DNA of 64,000 nucleotides from Balamuthia mandrillaris (taxonomy: Eukaryota). The stretch spans positions 62,001 through 126,000 of the forward strand of contig JAVKOQ020000082.1 in NCBI GenBank assembly GCA_031835245.2, written 5' to 3'. A model generated the notes under the pieces. It did no database searches and had not been told where the DNA came from. It was given only the letters and a program-made list of their open reading frames with translations. The position numbers and the translations under genes are program-made. Positions 25,427-38,593 of the stretch are shown one piece after another (the stretch's first letter is position 1; every line of letters starts with the position of its first letter).

Positions 25427-26357
25427 CTCCTCTGCTCGTTCTGTTTCTTTTTCTTTTTCTTTTTCTTTTTGCGTTTTTCGTCCAAACAAAGCGCCAAACT
25501 TGCTCCTCTTCTTTCCTTTCTTTTGCTCGTCTTGCTGTTGTTGTTCTTTGACATGCTTCTTTCCATCCTCCTTCTTCTTGTGGTTGTTGTTGTGTTCCAA
25601 TCCTCTTGTTTGTTCTTCTCTGTTTGAAAGCATCGAGGAGAAGTCCCGAAGAACCATTCCACGAACGAAGATCTTCAAAGCAAGCACAACCTCATTCTCC
25701 GCATCTTCTTCTTCTCTCTCCTTTCCCGTTCCCTTTTCGTCTTCCTCTTCGCTCGTATTCGCCTTCTCACTGTCATTCTCTGTGCACTTGATAAAGTCTT
25801 CGAGAGCAAAGGAAGAGCACCATTGAGCCAACAAACGACAAATGTTTGTCTTTCTCCAAAGTTCTGAAAAGGTCTCGTCTTCTTCCTCACCCTCTTCTGT
25901 TTCTTTTGCTTTCTTTGCCCTTTGCACGTGTTCTTCTCTCAACTGCTCTGCCGACAAGAACTGCTCTCCTTCTCTCAAACGGATGTTCACACTTCCTTCC
26001 TCCTCTTGTTCTTCGTCGTCATTATCGCTGTCTCCGGTTTCGTTCGTGCAGAGCGGCAACAAGCTTGCATCGTATCTGCGCAGCAACCGGAGCAACAAGG
26101 CGGAGCGAGTGATGAATGTGGGGTACGTGTTTAAAAACTGCTGTGCAAACAACTCCTCTGTTGCATAAACGTTATCATCGTTGTTTGTTGAAAAACAAAA
26201 CAAAAAGAAAGAGAAAGAGAAACGACGAAAGAGAAGGTTACCGTGAGTATGAATGGCTTCATCGATGAGACACTCGACGGACCCGCTCAAGACCTGTCCT
26301 TCCGAGGTGCGAACCAGGCCCTTTATCTGCTTCTGCTTATCTTTGTTCGCTAAGTCA

Positions 26358-26540
<183 letters not shown>

Positions 26541-26757
26541 AAGGATTATCAGAATAATATTACTGCTACCATCGTTGGATATTTAAAAAACGAAACAAAG
26601 AAAAAAAAGAAGAAGAAAGAGGAAGTGAATACGTTTTTGAACGGCATGGCTCTCGTGACTTGTGTTTTTCAAGCGGGTTAAGCTTTTGGCCAAAAGGTTC
26701 TTTGTTTTGAAGAGTAAGAGAGAAGCAAGGTTGGAAGGAAGGAAGAACGGAAAAAGC

Positions 26758-26789
<32 letters not shown>

Positions 26790-27280
26790 AGAAAAATAAG
26801 AAACCAGCCAAAGAGCACGCTCACAGGACAAACTGTGCCACTCCCTACAAACGCGGGAGGCGCTGCACAGCGCACCAAAGTCCAGAAAGGAGAGGATGAA
26901 TAGGGTGAGCTCCCCCGGCAAGCGCTGCACAAAGGCGGAGCCTTGTTCCTCCATTTCCCGTTACGCGTTAACGTTACCCTATCTGGCGGTCTTCATGTCG
27001 ACACAGAAAGCACCGTTTGCAGGCCCAAAGTCGACAGAAAAAACTTCCTGCATCTCATTTATTCACGACGACACGAAGTTCCACGTCATCAGGCTTTTGC
27101 CCGAGTCATTCTGAGAAATTTCTTTGTTTAAATATACTATTCCAAAAATATTTCTTTGTTGAAATATGCTCTTCCGTTTTATACTTTTTTTTTTCTCTTC
27201 GGTTCCTCCTATCTTTGAGGGGTTCTGAGCTGCATCCCAGCCCCTACTTTTTTCTGCTTCACAAAAAAAAAAAGACAATA

Positions 27281-28138
27281 ATGGGTGAATGGATGTCGCG
27301 AGAGCAGAGGCAAGAGGCGCTGTGGGTCTTGATCATGGCCATTCACCAACCGCCGGACATCTCCTCACCGGTGAGCTTGGTGCCAATGGAGCTGCTACGC
27401 TATCACATCCTTCCGTTCCTCCATCCCCAAGGAGCAGCCTGGCATTGGTCTGTTGATCCACCACCAGGGCAAACGAGGCAGCTGGATGAGGTGCTTCAAG
27501 GGAGGTCTCCTCCCACGATGGAGGTGAGGAGAACGCAGGATGGATGGCAATACATCCGCACAAGGGAATCCCTGCGCCCCTGGCAGGTCAACTACGTGGA
27601 GCTCACCATTAAACACTTCAATGGCGTGGGCTTCATGGTGGGTATTGCGGAGGAGGCGGTGGCTCGCAGGACCACCGTCGTGGAGAAAGACACCAAGCTC
27701 TGGGGCTTGTACTATCATGGCCATATTTATGTGCACGGCCGGCTTGTCCCAGAAGATCGAATGGTGACTGGTCACTCCAAAAGGAGACGAAAGTTTTGGG
27801 ACGGCTGTGTGGTGGGCATCCATGTTGACACCAAACAAGGCCTCCTCGCCTTCTTTCTCAATGGCACACAAGTCACTCCCGCCATGTATGATCCTGACCT
27901 ACAAATATCCTCGCCTTCTTCTTCATCTTCACCCTCATCTTCGTCACCATCTTTATCTTCCTCATCCCTCAGCCCCTTAACTTCGTCCCCATTGTTGTAT
28001 CCAATGGTATTCAGTGGAGGTTCCGAAGATCGTGTGGTGCTGAGCGGTTGGGTGGAGCGCATTCCTGAATTGTCCTTGCAACAGCCCTGTTCCCCTCCTC
28101 TGGACGCCTTGGCGGACCTCTGGCCAGAGGAGCAGTAG
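27281..28138 (+). CDS. Intronless SPRY/B30.2-domain protein with possible degenerate F-box-like N-terminal motif
   Basis: NYVELTI, FMVGIA, WGLYYHGHIY, GCVVGIHVDTKQGLLAFFLNG, LYPMV. N-terminal VSLVPMELLRYHILPFL. Confidence 0.78.
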   Translation: MGEWMSREQRQEALWVLIMAIHQPPDISSPVSLVPMELLRYHILPFLHPQGAAWHWSVDPPPGQTRQLDEVLQGRSPPTMEVRRTQDGWQYIRTRESLRPWQVNYVELTIKHFNGVGFMVGIAEEAVARRTTVVEKDTKLWGLYYHGHIYVHGRLVPEDRMVTGHSKRRRKFWDGCVVGIHVDTKQGLLAFFLNGTQVTPAMYDPDLQISSPSSSSSPSSSSPSLSSSSLSPLTSSPLLYPMVFSGGSEDRVVLSGWVERIPELSLQQPCSPPLDALADLWPEEQ

Positions 28139-28678
28139 TTTAAAAAACACGCATTGATGGGGAGAGCGTCTCCGCTTTGAAAAAAAGAGCACTGTTACAG
28201 TGAATTCCTTTAACTCGAAACAGGGGGAGAAGCAAAGGAAGTGAAATTAACACCCAGCTTATCTCATTTCCTCAGTTTTTGCAAGCGAGAAGCCACACGG
28301 GGTCACAGCAGTGCCGCAAGGAGCTCCTTCCACACTGCTGTTGGCCTCGGCGGGCAGTAGCAGGCGCAGTGCTCTGATCGGTAACCGGAAGTTTCAAACC
28401 ACCAATCAAAAATCAAACAAAGGTTGAAACTTACCATAAAAAGGCTTTTTTTGTTTCTGGGAGAGATCCTTCTCTTTCAGGTCGACAAAGATTCATTGCT
28501 CCGTGGTAATATTACTTTCGTGTCGACTTGAGCCAACGTTTTCTTTTAAAATACAATATTCAATTGGTTCTCCAAAATGTAAAGCAGTTTTCATTTTTGA
28601 TTTTTAATTGGTGATTTGAAATTTGTATTCATTTTTTTTGTTTATTAGACGAGGAGAAAAAAAAAAGGGATAAGAAGA

Positions 28679-29763
28679 ATGACCCCGGTGCGGCAGTTAC
28701 TGCGAGGCGTGGTAGCCTTTGGCTGTTTGTGGTTGGTTTATTTGGCGGCCACCTCATTTTTTTTCACCACGCCGCAACCACCGCCACCACCCGGTGGCGT
28801 GTTTGTGCCCTGTGTGGAGCGGATACCAAAGTTTGTTGTTTATTCCATCCAACGCAGTGGCACTCATTTCCTGCAAGAGGTACGCATTGCAAGCACAGCA
28901 TTGAATTTTTTGTTTAAAAAAAAAAAACAATGACATGTTAACCCCAGCCAAACACGGATAGCTGCTGAATGGATATCCGTCGTTGAATGTCACGCTAGAG
29001 TTGTTCCATCCGTTGAGACCTGTGACCTCTCCTAATGTCACAGAATTCTTCTTTTTCTGCTCCCTGCTCTTGTTCATGCAGCAATAACAGCATCAAGATG
29101 TGGAACAACAACCGTGGCTATTGGCCACATTAAAGCAAGCCAACTATTCTATCATTCGCAAAAAGAGGTTGGACCTGTTGGCAGCTTTTCTTTCCTGGGA
29201 AACACAGATAGAACACAAAGACAAGATCCTTTCCTGGAACTGTGACACACCTGAATGCAAAGCTCAATACCAAAACTTGACCATTCGACCCACCATGCAG
29301 AAACTTATGCGTTTCATAAAAAGGCGTGAGAACATGATCATACAACAAGAACGGTTGTTGAATGAGGTAAAGAGGACCTTCTCCTTCTCTTTCTTCTTCT
29401 TGTTCTTCTTCTGCTTCGTCTTCATTCTTCATTCTTCATTCTTCATTCTTGTTCTTGTTCTTCTTCTTCTTCTTCTTCTTCTTCTTCTTCTTGTGTCTTT
29501 ACAACAGAGTATCACTCAACCTATTGATTACACAGCTGGATGTTCGGCATATTAACGTGACTTACGAGGAACTGACCACCAACACCCGCGAAGAGCTCTG
29601 TCGAGTCATCCAGTTCTTGGGGTGTGATTGCGCCTTGCTCCAAGACACTCCACCGGACATTCAAAAGTTGCACCCCAAGCCCAAGTCCGCCTATTTTGAG
29701 AATTGGGACGAGGTGGTGCAGGTCCTGAAAGACACACGTTATGCTTGGATGTTAAATACATAA
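28679..29763 (+). CDS. Type-II membrane sulfotransferase (P-loop, Stf0/sulfotransferase-family-like)
   Basis: N-terminal TM anchor; PAPS-binding FVVYSIQRSGTHFLQE; IIRKKRLDLLAAFLSW; VTYEEL...LCRVIQFLG; FENWDEV. Introns from 28880-28960 onward. Confidence 0.75.
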
Positions 29764-30019
29764 CAACTTAAAAGCACAACTGTTAACCATTTGGTTTGTT
29801 AATGTGAATAGCCGGTCAAACTTGTGTATACTAAGACCAAGAATAAGCAGAAGAAGAGTACAAGGGCAGTGAGTTTATCTTTTCTCTCCCAGGCGCAAGC
29901 TTGAGGAAGAAAACCTCATACAATGCAGAGGAAGTGGCACAAGGTTCATTTTATTTTATTTTTCTTTTTATTTTTATTTTATTTCTAATAAAAACAAAGG
30001 GAGGAGGGTGAGTTACGCA

Positions 30020-33000
30020 TTACTTTCTGCCACCAGCATACTTGAGAAGAATGTTGTTGGTCTTTGCAATAAAGCCTCCCCCTCCGCCTCCTCCATGGTG
30101 ACCTCCTTGTCCATGATGGTGATGGACCACACCGGCTGCAGAAGAGTTGGGATTGACAATCGGATCCAACTCCAATATATCTCCCACAAGAGCCTTATTC
30201 TTGCTCAACCAGGATTTGACGTGCTCGTTTCGCTCTCCCAAGGAGAGAATGAACTTGCGCACGCTGTTCTTGCTCTCTTTGGAGTTTAGCTTGCCGCTGC
30301 CCTCGATGGCGCGCACCAAGGCCACCATCGTGGTTTCCGTGCGCCATATCTGAAGAGAGTCCACCAGTTCGCAGAATTGGGAGAGGATTTGGAGGAACGG
30401 GCCATGAAACTCGTGTGAGGTTGTCTTGCATAGTTCATCACGAAGAGCCAGAATGTAACTCTTGCTCCTTAATTTGAAAATAATATGTCAGATGAGATAA
30501 GAGAACGAAACAGAAGGAAGGAGAAGGGAAGGAGGAGAAAAACAAACCTTTTGCCATCTTCGAAACACCAATGTCGGAGTAGATCAGAAGTGGAGAGCAG
30601 GTGTACTTGTTCCTTTACCAACTGTACTATAAAGCTCGTCTAATAGTATACCAAACTCAGTCTCACCAACTTAAAATAAAAGAACAAAAGCAAAGGGGAA
30701 GCACATACGTCGCCAAGCAAAGCGTCTCGATCTTTTTTAGGCAGCCGCAGTGGTTCCTCTCCATCAGGCAAAGCCAGTTGCGTCGGTGGTGTTTGCTCTG
30801 TCTCCACTTCAATAGCGCAACAGCAACTCAAATGGGCGATCAGCTGAACCATTCCGGCCAAGTTAGGGGCGTGCATCCTCGTTGAGCTCATAATGGAAGG
30901 TGGTGGCTTGTATCGTGCTCGCTGGCCTGTTCCTGACTGTAGTCATAATAATAATAATGATGAGACAGAGAAGAGGATAGAGAGAAATGCAGAGAAGATG
31001 AATGAGGACAAGAATGGAGACAGCAAGAAGGAAGGAGAAACGCACGAATGATCTGCCTTTGGGACTGATAGAATGGGCGTCAGGATTAAACTTGCCTTTC
31101 TGCAGGTACCAATCCGCCATCTTCTGTACAATATGCCGTGACAAAAGATACTTTTTCTGTGTTGAAGAATGAAAGAGCAACGAGTTAGACTTTGCAGCGC
31201 ATTTTTGTTTATGTTTATGTACCTCTTCCACGCCAAGCCTAGCAAACTCATAAATGAGATTAAAGTATTGTGCGCAGTTACGCAGATGGGATCGCATTTG
31301 GGGAAGGAAAGAGAACAGCGTTTCCATAAAAGTGATGATGTAATCCACTCGCTCTGCTTCTTCCTTTCCAACAATAGAAGAAGAGGAAGAGCTGCTATCA
31401 CCTTGCGATGGTTGTTCGGTGGTTTTATCTTCGAACTTATTTTCTTCCTCTGTTTCATTTTCCTTTTCTTTTCCTTTTCCTTTTCCTTTGTCTTTGTCTC
31501 CTCTATCGTCTCCTTGTTCCTTGTCCTTGCTTTGCGTCTTTCTGGAAGACGTCTTTGATCTGCTTTTGCTCTTGCCTTTGCTCTCTTCTTTTAGTTGCAC
31601 CCGTTTCGCTTTGAGCTAATACATGGTAAAACATGTAAGGGTCAAAACAGTACTAAAGAATAATGCAAGATCAAGAAACAAACCCTATCCGATTCAAATT
31701 GGAAATGCGATTGTTCTATGGGTAGCAAACATTTGATGGCGTGCAACATAATGTCTTGGAAGGCCCTTCGCACCCTTTCAATGGGACATTGGATCAATAT
31801 CTCGTGCAAACGATGCGTATCTTTCACCAACATATTCAACAACCAGCGGCAAGCCTGTGAAAATTTTTTTAAAGGATAGGTTTGTAAGCGAGAGAGAGAG
31901 AGAGAGAGAGGACATACGTCGAGATTAGCAGAGTATAGGCGTTTGATGTGGTAGACCCACGAGTCGAAACTTTCCGAGTCGTGTTTGGTACGAGAACCAA
32001 TTTCGATCATGAAGCGGGTAACAAACTGGATTGTCTTCAAGTTGGGGTCATAATCTAACCGAAAAGCTCGATTAGCTAATTGCAAGCAGAATAACCTATA
32101 AACGTCAACGTGAACAAACCTTTCTTGGACTTCTTAGCAATGCGGCTGGCATAAAGGTTCGTAAAGTCCCATATGAAGTTCAGATAGTCCTCGTCATGAA
32201 CGTACTTTTCCATCAAGAACTGGCGATTTTCCTCCCAGATGGCATTCATGATGCTATCGGGGATGATGCAGTTGCTCTCTCCGCTGAGAAACTTTTTCTT
32301 CTGCTCTTCTCTTCTCTTTCGCTCGTCCTCCTTTTGCTTTCGTCGCCGAGCAGCTTCCAATTTTGCCAAAAAGAGAACCGCCAAGAATGAAGGGGACGTC
32401 GCCATCACCCCGCCTTTGAAACGGCTTTCTTCTATTTGTTTTTCCTTCTCATCTTCTTTTTGTTGCTGCTGGGAAGATTCCACTTCCGAAAAAGATGATC
32501 TCTCTTCTACTTCGTTTAGAGAGGAGAAAGAGCCGGAGGGGGTCAGCGACGGGGAAGGCTCCAAGCTGTTGTCGGACGATTGTTTGGTATGTCCTTCACA
32601 CTGTTCTTCTTCTCCTTTTGGTGCAGTCATCGCTGCGGTTGGTAACACTTCGAAAGAGTCTGTTTTTTCTGGGAGAAGCTTTCCTCCCTCTTCCTCCTCT
32701 TCTTGGTGATCTTCCGCTGTCTTCTTTTTCTTCTCTTCAGAAGAACTTCCTGCCTCTTCTCGCTCGCTCTCAGTTTCTTTGTCTTCGTCATCATCGTTCT
32801 CTTCGTCCGAGGCTTGTCCTACCAGGGAAGTATGCGCTCTCTGGTAGACAAGGATGTAGGCGTTGTGTGATTTTGGTCTCTTAACGATCCGTGTAGTGTT
32901 CTTCTCTCTGTCGTGAATGGTTACTTCCTCTTCTCCTCCAAAAGTTTCGTATGGTATTCTCTGTTTTTTAGAAAATAAGATAAGTAAAAAAAGATAAACA

Positions 33001-35189
33001 GCAAGAATGGAAGAATAGATGGTTGGCCGTACAGCAGTATCAAATGGAAGTACGTTGGTGTCATTAAATTCATACCAACGAGGGTCCCTATTCTCTCCCA
33101 ATGGCACGCGTTCCTTATTGTGTTCAAAAGTGATGAGTGACGAAATCAAAAGGAAACACAAAAATGAACAAACAATGCATACTTGAATGAAAGAGTAGTA
33201 GTGCCCACTGTCAGCGTTTCCTTGATGCACAACGATGCCAACGAGTTGGTATTGATAATAGGATGGAGGCCGTTTTTGGAAGTCGTTTCTCTGGGTATCT
33301 TGGCTCATCCTCAAATTGGCTGACTCCATTTCTTGTCTGGCCAAATATTCCTTTTTTTTTAAAAAAAATGAGATCAGCAAACGAGAAAGAGAAAGAGCAA
33401 GCTGGAAAAGCGAGAACCTTGGTGAATGGTTCCATATTAAGTTGCATTGGAAACTCACACAGATCGTTCAGTTTAACGTTCCTCATCAAGTTCAAATCGA
33501 ACTCGAATCGTTTCAAATGAAGCATCAAGACTTTCGGCAATTTCTGCAATGAAGCAAACAGAAAATAAGAGAAGAACAAGACGACAAAGATGTTTGCGGA
33601 GAAAAAAAAAATACCGAGATGCAACAGCGTTTTAGCGTATCTCTTCCAGTGTTACAGATGTCGCACTTGTACTTGTTTTCTCCTTGCAACATCTCGCCAG
33701 AAATGAACAACTTCAAAGACTCCAAAATGTCTTTCTTGTTCTTGATCTCAATGCCGACGGTATAGAACGGCTCCTCTCTCTCTGAGCGATGCGGACATCC
33801 TTTGGGGATGAGCTGGTTGCAGAGCTCGCCTCCGAAAACATCTTTGAGAAGATTTTCTTGAGGCGTTCCTTTCAAATGACCTTCCAGCTTTTCAAACAGA
33901 TTGTTGAAGAATTCATTTGCGTCCATTTGTTGTGCCGTGTTAACCTATTTTCAAAATATCAACAAAGAAAGAAAGAAAGACGATGAAAGTAAGAAACGAT
34001 GAACGAATGAGAGGAACGAAAGAGAATGAAACATACAGGTCTTCCAGAAGAGTCTTTGTAGGCAGAGCAGAAGTCAATAGTGTCGAATGCTCTCTTGACG
34101 CTCTGCTCCAAGTTGGCAAACAATGTTTGCAGTTGGTATAGAGTGGATTCTGAGGGATCTTCACTCTCGTCGTCAGCCATCAAGATGCCATAGCGGAATC
34201 TAGGGATGAGGTACAGTTGTTGCATCAACGAGTTCATGTAACATGTGGCGCCTTGGTTTTGTAATCCAACATAACCATAGGGAGAACGTTGTCTCCGCAT
34301 CGCCATCAAAGACCAACTTCGGTTTTCAGCTTATTGTGTTACAGTAATGAAGAAGAGTGCATTAACTTTCTGAAACAAGAAAAGTAGGAAAGAGAGAACA
34401 AGAAGAGAAGGAAGGAGAACAAGAACAGGAACAAGAAGAACACAAACAACAAGAGATAGTACTTTTATCTAGTTGGCGAACTAAAAGCTTAAAGAGTTCC
34501 TTGAAGCATTTTTGACAATCACGAGCAAGCTCGGTGAGGAGCTTGAAGGCTGCAGTACGGCTTTGCAGTGTCTTACATTTTGGCGGGCCGTGAGGCCCGT
34601 TGTTCTCCGCAGTTGGGAGGTCGTAGAGGCACTTGCGATAAACCTCTTTCAAAAGGCCACCTCTATTAATGCAAACATCAACCAACAGTAAACCCAAAAA
34701 GTTAGTTTCAAGCAGATAAACCAGAGAAAAACAATGAGAATAGACCACACTTTTTCGATCGGCATTCTGATTTGAGGAAAGGATACTTTCGAGTTAAAGT
34801 TCGTGCAGTATCAAGCAATCCAATCAAAATGGTATCGCTGGCAACCAATGATGAGGTCTGTAAAGTATAAATTATAAAGAAAAGTAAGTTCACCAGCAAT
34901 CCTTACTCTCTTCGATTAGTTTAGTGCGTTTGATTTACCTCTCGCACTGGAGCTCGTTTGATTTGTTGGATGAGTTCATAAAGCAACGTTTTCGCGTCTT
35001 CGTCCGGTAGTTCAGCAGACTTCTCCATCAGCAAGTTGCGAAGCAAGTTAAAGTATTGCTCGCATGTGTTTTCGCCTAACGTGTCCACGTGGGAGAGGAA
35101 AGAGAGCAACAGCTGAACGAAGAACTTGGCAGGCGGCTCTGGCAGTTGCTTTAACACCTCCCTACGGAAATGAAAGAGAAAGAAGAAAT

Positions 35190-35236
<47 letters not shown>

Positions 35237-38200
35237 CAGCTCGAGAGAGAAAGAGAGCAGAAGACGTACGGATCCGCAACCCGTCTGCAAAGTTTATAAA
35301 TGCTAGAGGCAGTAGCGTTGCGTATGGGCTTCACTCGCGTCTTCAACAGCAGATCCAACAGCCATTCGTTGAGATGTTGATAACCATAAAAGTGTTGCAA
35401 CAAAGAAACATCAGAGAGTAAACAAGCAATGAGTAGATCCAATGCGTGCTCCACCATTCGTGCTTCGTGACCAACTTCCTCTGGTTTGTTTTTAGGAGTT
35501 GAAGAAGGAGAAGGAGCAGACGAAGAAGTGCTAGCAACAGCAACGATATTAGAAGAAGAGGAGGAGGACGGTAAGTCAGCAGCGGAGGAAGAAGAAGCGG
35601 ATGACGACGAAGATACTTCTACATCTAAAGCAGGAGTGGAAGGAGAGGGAGAGACGGTAATAGAGGGTGTTGTGCTTGTTCCATCGTTGTTTTGGGCTGC
35701 GGAAGCGACGTACTCGCTTTCTCGGTCTCGTCGTTCGTGTTCTGCTCCTTCCATTTCTTCTTCCGGAATGACATGAGAGTCGCACGTCTTTGAGGCAGCA
35801 GCCTCGTTGGATTCTTTTAGACCAAAAAAAAAAACGGAAGGTTTTGCTGTAAGAAAAGTTGCCACCAAAGATAAGATAAGATAAAACACTACAAACCTTT
35901 CGCAGCGTCGGCTATGATGGTAAGCAATTGGTCAACTAAGTCGCTCATCTTCACGTTATCAAACAATGCTTGCTGGAGACGAGGTTGTTCCAGACTTTGA
36001 AAGTCATCGTCACTGATGGCCAAAAGGTTAATAATCCTCAACAAATGAGCAAAGCATGCCCTTTGGGCACTCTTCCACTGCGAGTGCTCTTCCTTGTCCA
36101 TGTTCATGAGCATATCCACCAAATACTTGCCGCCTCCCAACTCAACAAAGCGGTTGCACCACGCCTCGTTTCTCTATAAACGATAGTGAGTACAATAAAT
36201 AGAAGATAAACCGAAAGGGAGAGAACCTTTGCACCGCTGGCAACACTTCCTTCCGGCGTTTCTGTGATTAGTCTTTCAACAACTTGGAGGGTATATATAA
36301 GTTTGAATATGAACTGACGATCAAGAAGAACGTTCCAGTCAACATCTTTGTCGATGCTTTGCAACTTATCCACAATCTTTTTGTTGGAAGGAAGCAAGTT
36401 GAGCAGTTCCCAAACTTGTTCTCCTATCTTATCCCCAAAATCGAGAAGGTGATAGAGTTGATCAAAGTTTTCTTCGCTAGACAATATTTGGCTAGGATGA
36501 TGTGCACCGCTTACTTCCTCCTTCTTCCTCTAATTTCATTGATCAAAAGAACTAATGAGACAAAAGAAGAGAGGGAGAGGGAGAGGGGGAGGGAGAGGGA
36601 GAGGGAGAGGGAGGGAGGGAGAGGGAGGGAGAGGGGAGAGGGAGGGAGAGGGAGAGGGGAGGGAGAGGGAGAGGGAGGGGAGGGAGAGGGAGAGGGAGAG
36701 GGAGAGGGAGAGGGAGAGGGGGGGAGGGAGAGGGAGAGGGAGAGGGGGAGGGAGAGGGAGAGGGAGAGAGGGAGAGGGGGAGGGAGAGGGAGAGGGGGAG
36801 AGAGGGAGAGGGGGAGGGAGAGGGGAGAGGGAGAGGGGGAGGGAGAGGGAGAGGGAGAGGGAGAGGGAGAGGGAGAGGGAGAGGGAGAGGGAGAGGGAGA
36901 GGGAGAGAGGAGGGAGAGAGGGAGAGGGAGAGGGGGAGAGGGAGAGGAGAGGGAGAGGGAGAGGGAGAGGGAGAGGGAGAGGGAGAGGGAGAGGGAGGGA
37001 GAGGGAGAGAGGGAGAGGGAGAGGGAGAGGGAGAGGGAGAGGGAGAGGGGGAGGGAGGGAGAGGGAGAGAGGGAGGAGAGGGAGAGGAGAGGGAGAGGGA
37101 GGGAGAGGGAGAGGGAGAGGGAGAGGGAGAGGGAGGAGAGGGAGAGGGAGAGGGAGAGGGAGAGGGAGAGGGAGAGGGAGAGGGAGAGAGGGAGAATTAC
37201 ATCAGTTCGAGGTGTTTTGCTTTTCGCGGGTTTAGCAGGTGGAGCTGCCAATCTCGAGTTCAACTTGAGCACCGCATCAAGGTTCTGTGTGGCGAGACCA
37301 ACCGCACGCATTTGCATTTGCAACACGTTCAGCAACACCGAGTCCATTGGAATTTCCTGATAGCTTCCATCATCCTGGTCGTCCTCGTCCTGAGGTTCCG
37401 AGGAAGACTTTTTGCTTTCTGATTGAGCTTTCTTTCCTGTGGGAGAAACGTTGCGAGGTTGTTGCTCTTCCTTGATTTGAACAAAGACGTCCAGTCCATC
37501 TGTCACCTTGCAATCGGCCAGAGTTTTGCTGTCATTGTCTTTGATCTCTTTGTCGTTGACCCAGAGGCGGAGCAAGCGGGGCGGCTTTTCGTAGTGCTCG
37601 GATATTTTGCGTTTTAGTGATAGGAGAGTGTCCTTACTTCTGACATGAGCCACAAAGCTTCTTCGTAGATCTGCTTTTACATACAGAGTGATTGGAACTC
37701 CGCTGTCTGCTTAATTATTTTTTTTTTCGAAGGTCAGCAAGCTTTTTCTTCTTATAGTGCCAAAAAAAAAAAAGGCTACCTTTCTTGGATGCGATGGCAG
37801 AGCCAGAGTTTCCTCCACCAACAGTAGTACCAATCGACGAACCACCACCTGGTGTGGGCGAAGTCGGCGATGCAGCGGACCTCAGTTTTGATCTAAGCTC
37901 AAATTCCTCCACAAAGTTCTTTCAAAAGAAAAAATGAATATAACAAAATAAAAGTAGATGAGAGAGAGAGAGAGAGAGAGAGTTACCTTGAGCAGAGAGA
38001 GGCAGCGCTCAATTCGTTGTTCTTGTAAAGGAGATTTGGATGCCTTTGCAGCTTCGGACAAATGAGCCATACAGGTCCGTATATATGCCTCTCTAATCTT
38101 TCCAAGCTTTGATTTCATGCTATCTGGCGATACCTTTTAAAAGCAAATGATTATAAAAATATACGCTAGAGAATAAACTAAAAGAGAACGAGGATAAACC

Positions 38201-38549
38201 TTTTGATGAAGTTGATTCAACAGCCGAATCGCCATTTGGCTTACATCGACATCTGTAGCATCGAGAGCAATCTTCCACAGGTTATTCTCGCCGATGAGAT
38301 CCCCAGAGACCACGTAGAATTCGGACGCTTGGGACTTGTCTACACGCTTCAGTTTGTCCTTCTTTTCGTTAATGGTGAGGAAATAGCGCTGAAAAACGTT
38401 GTACCCTGCTTGATTTAGCAAAGTACAATCCATTTGTGCCATCTTATCCACAAACAGGTGTTGAATGATGCTTTCGTCAAATGCCTACCAAAAAAAACAA
38501 GGTTAAATATTTTGTTTAAATAAGAAGAAGAGTGGAGGATGGGCTTGCA

Positions 38550-38593
<44 letters not shown>

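Noticed and set aside
36284..37360. Long RE/GE/RG-repeat ORFs
   Set aside because: Translations of the intronic GGGAGA repeat; no protein features.
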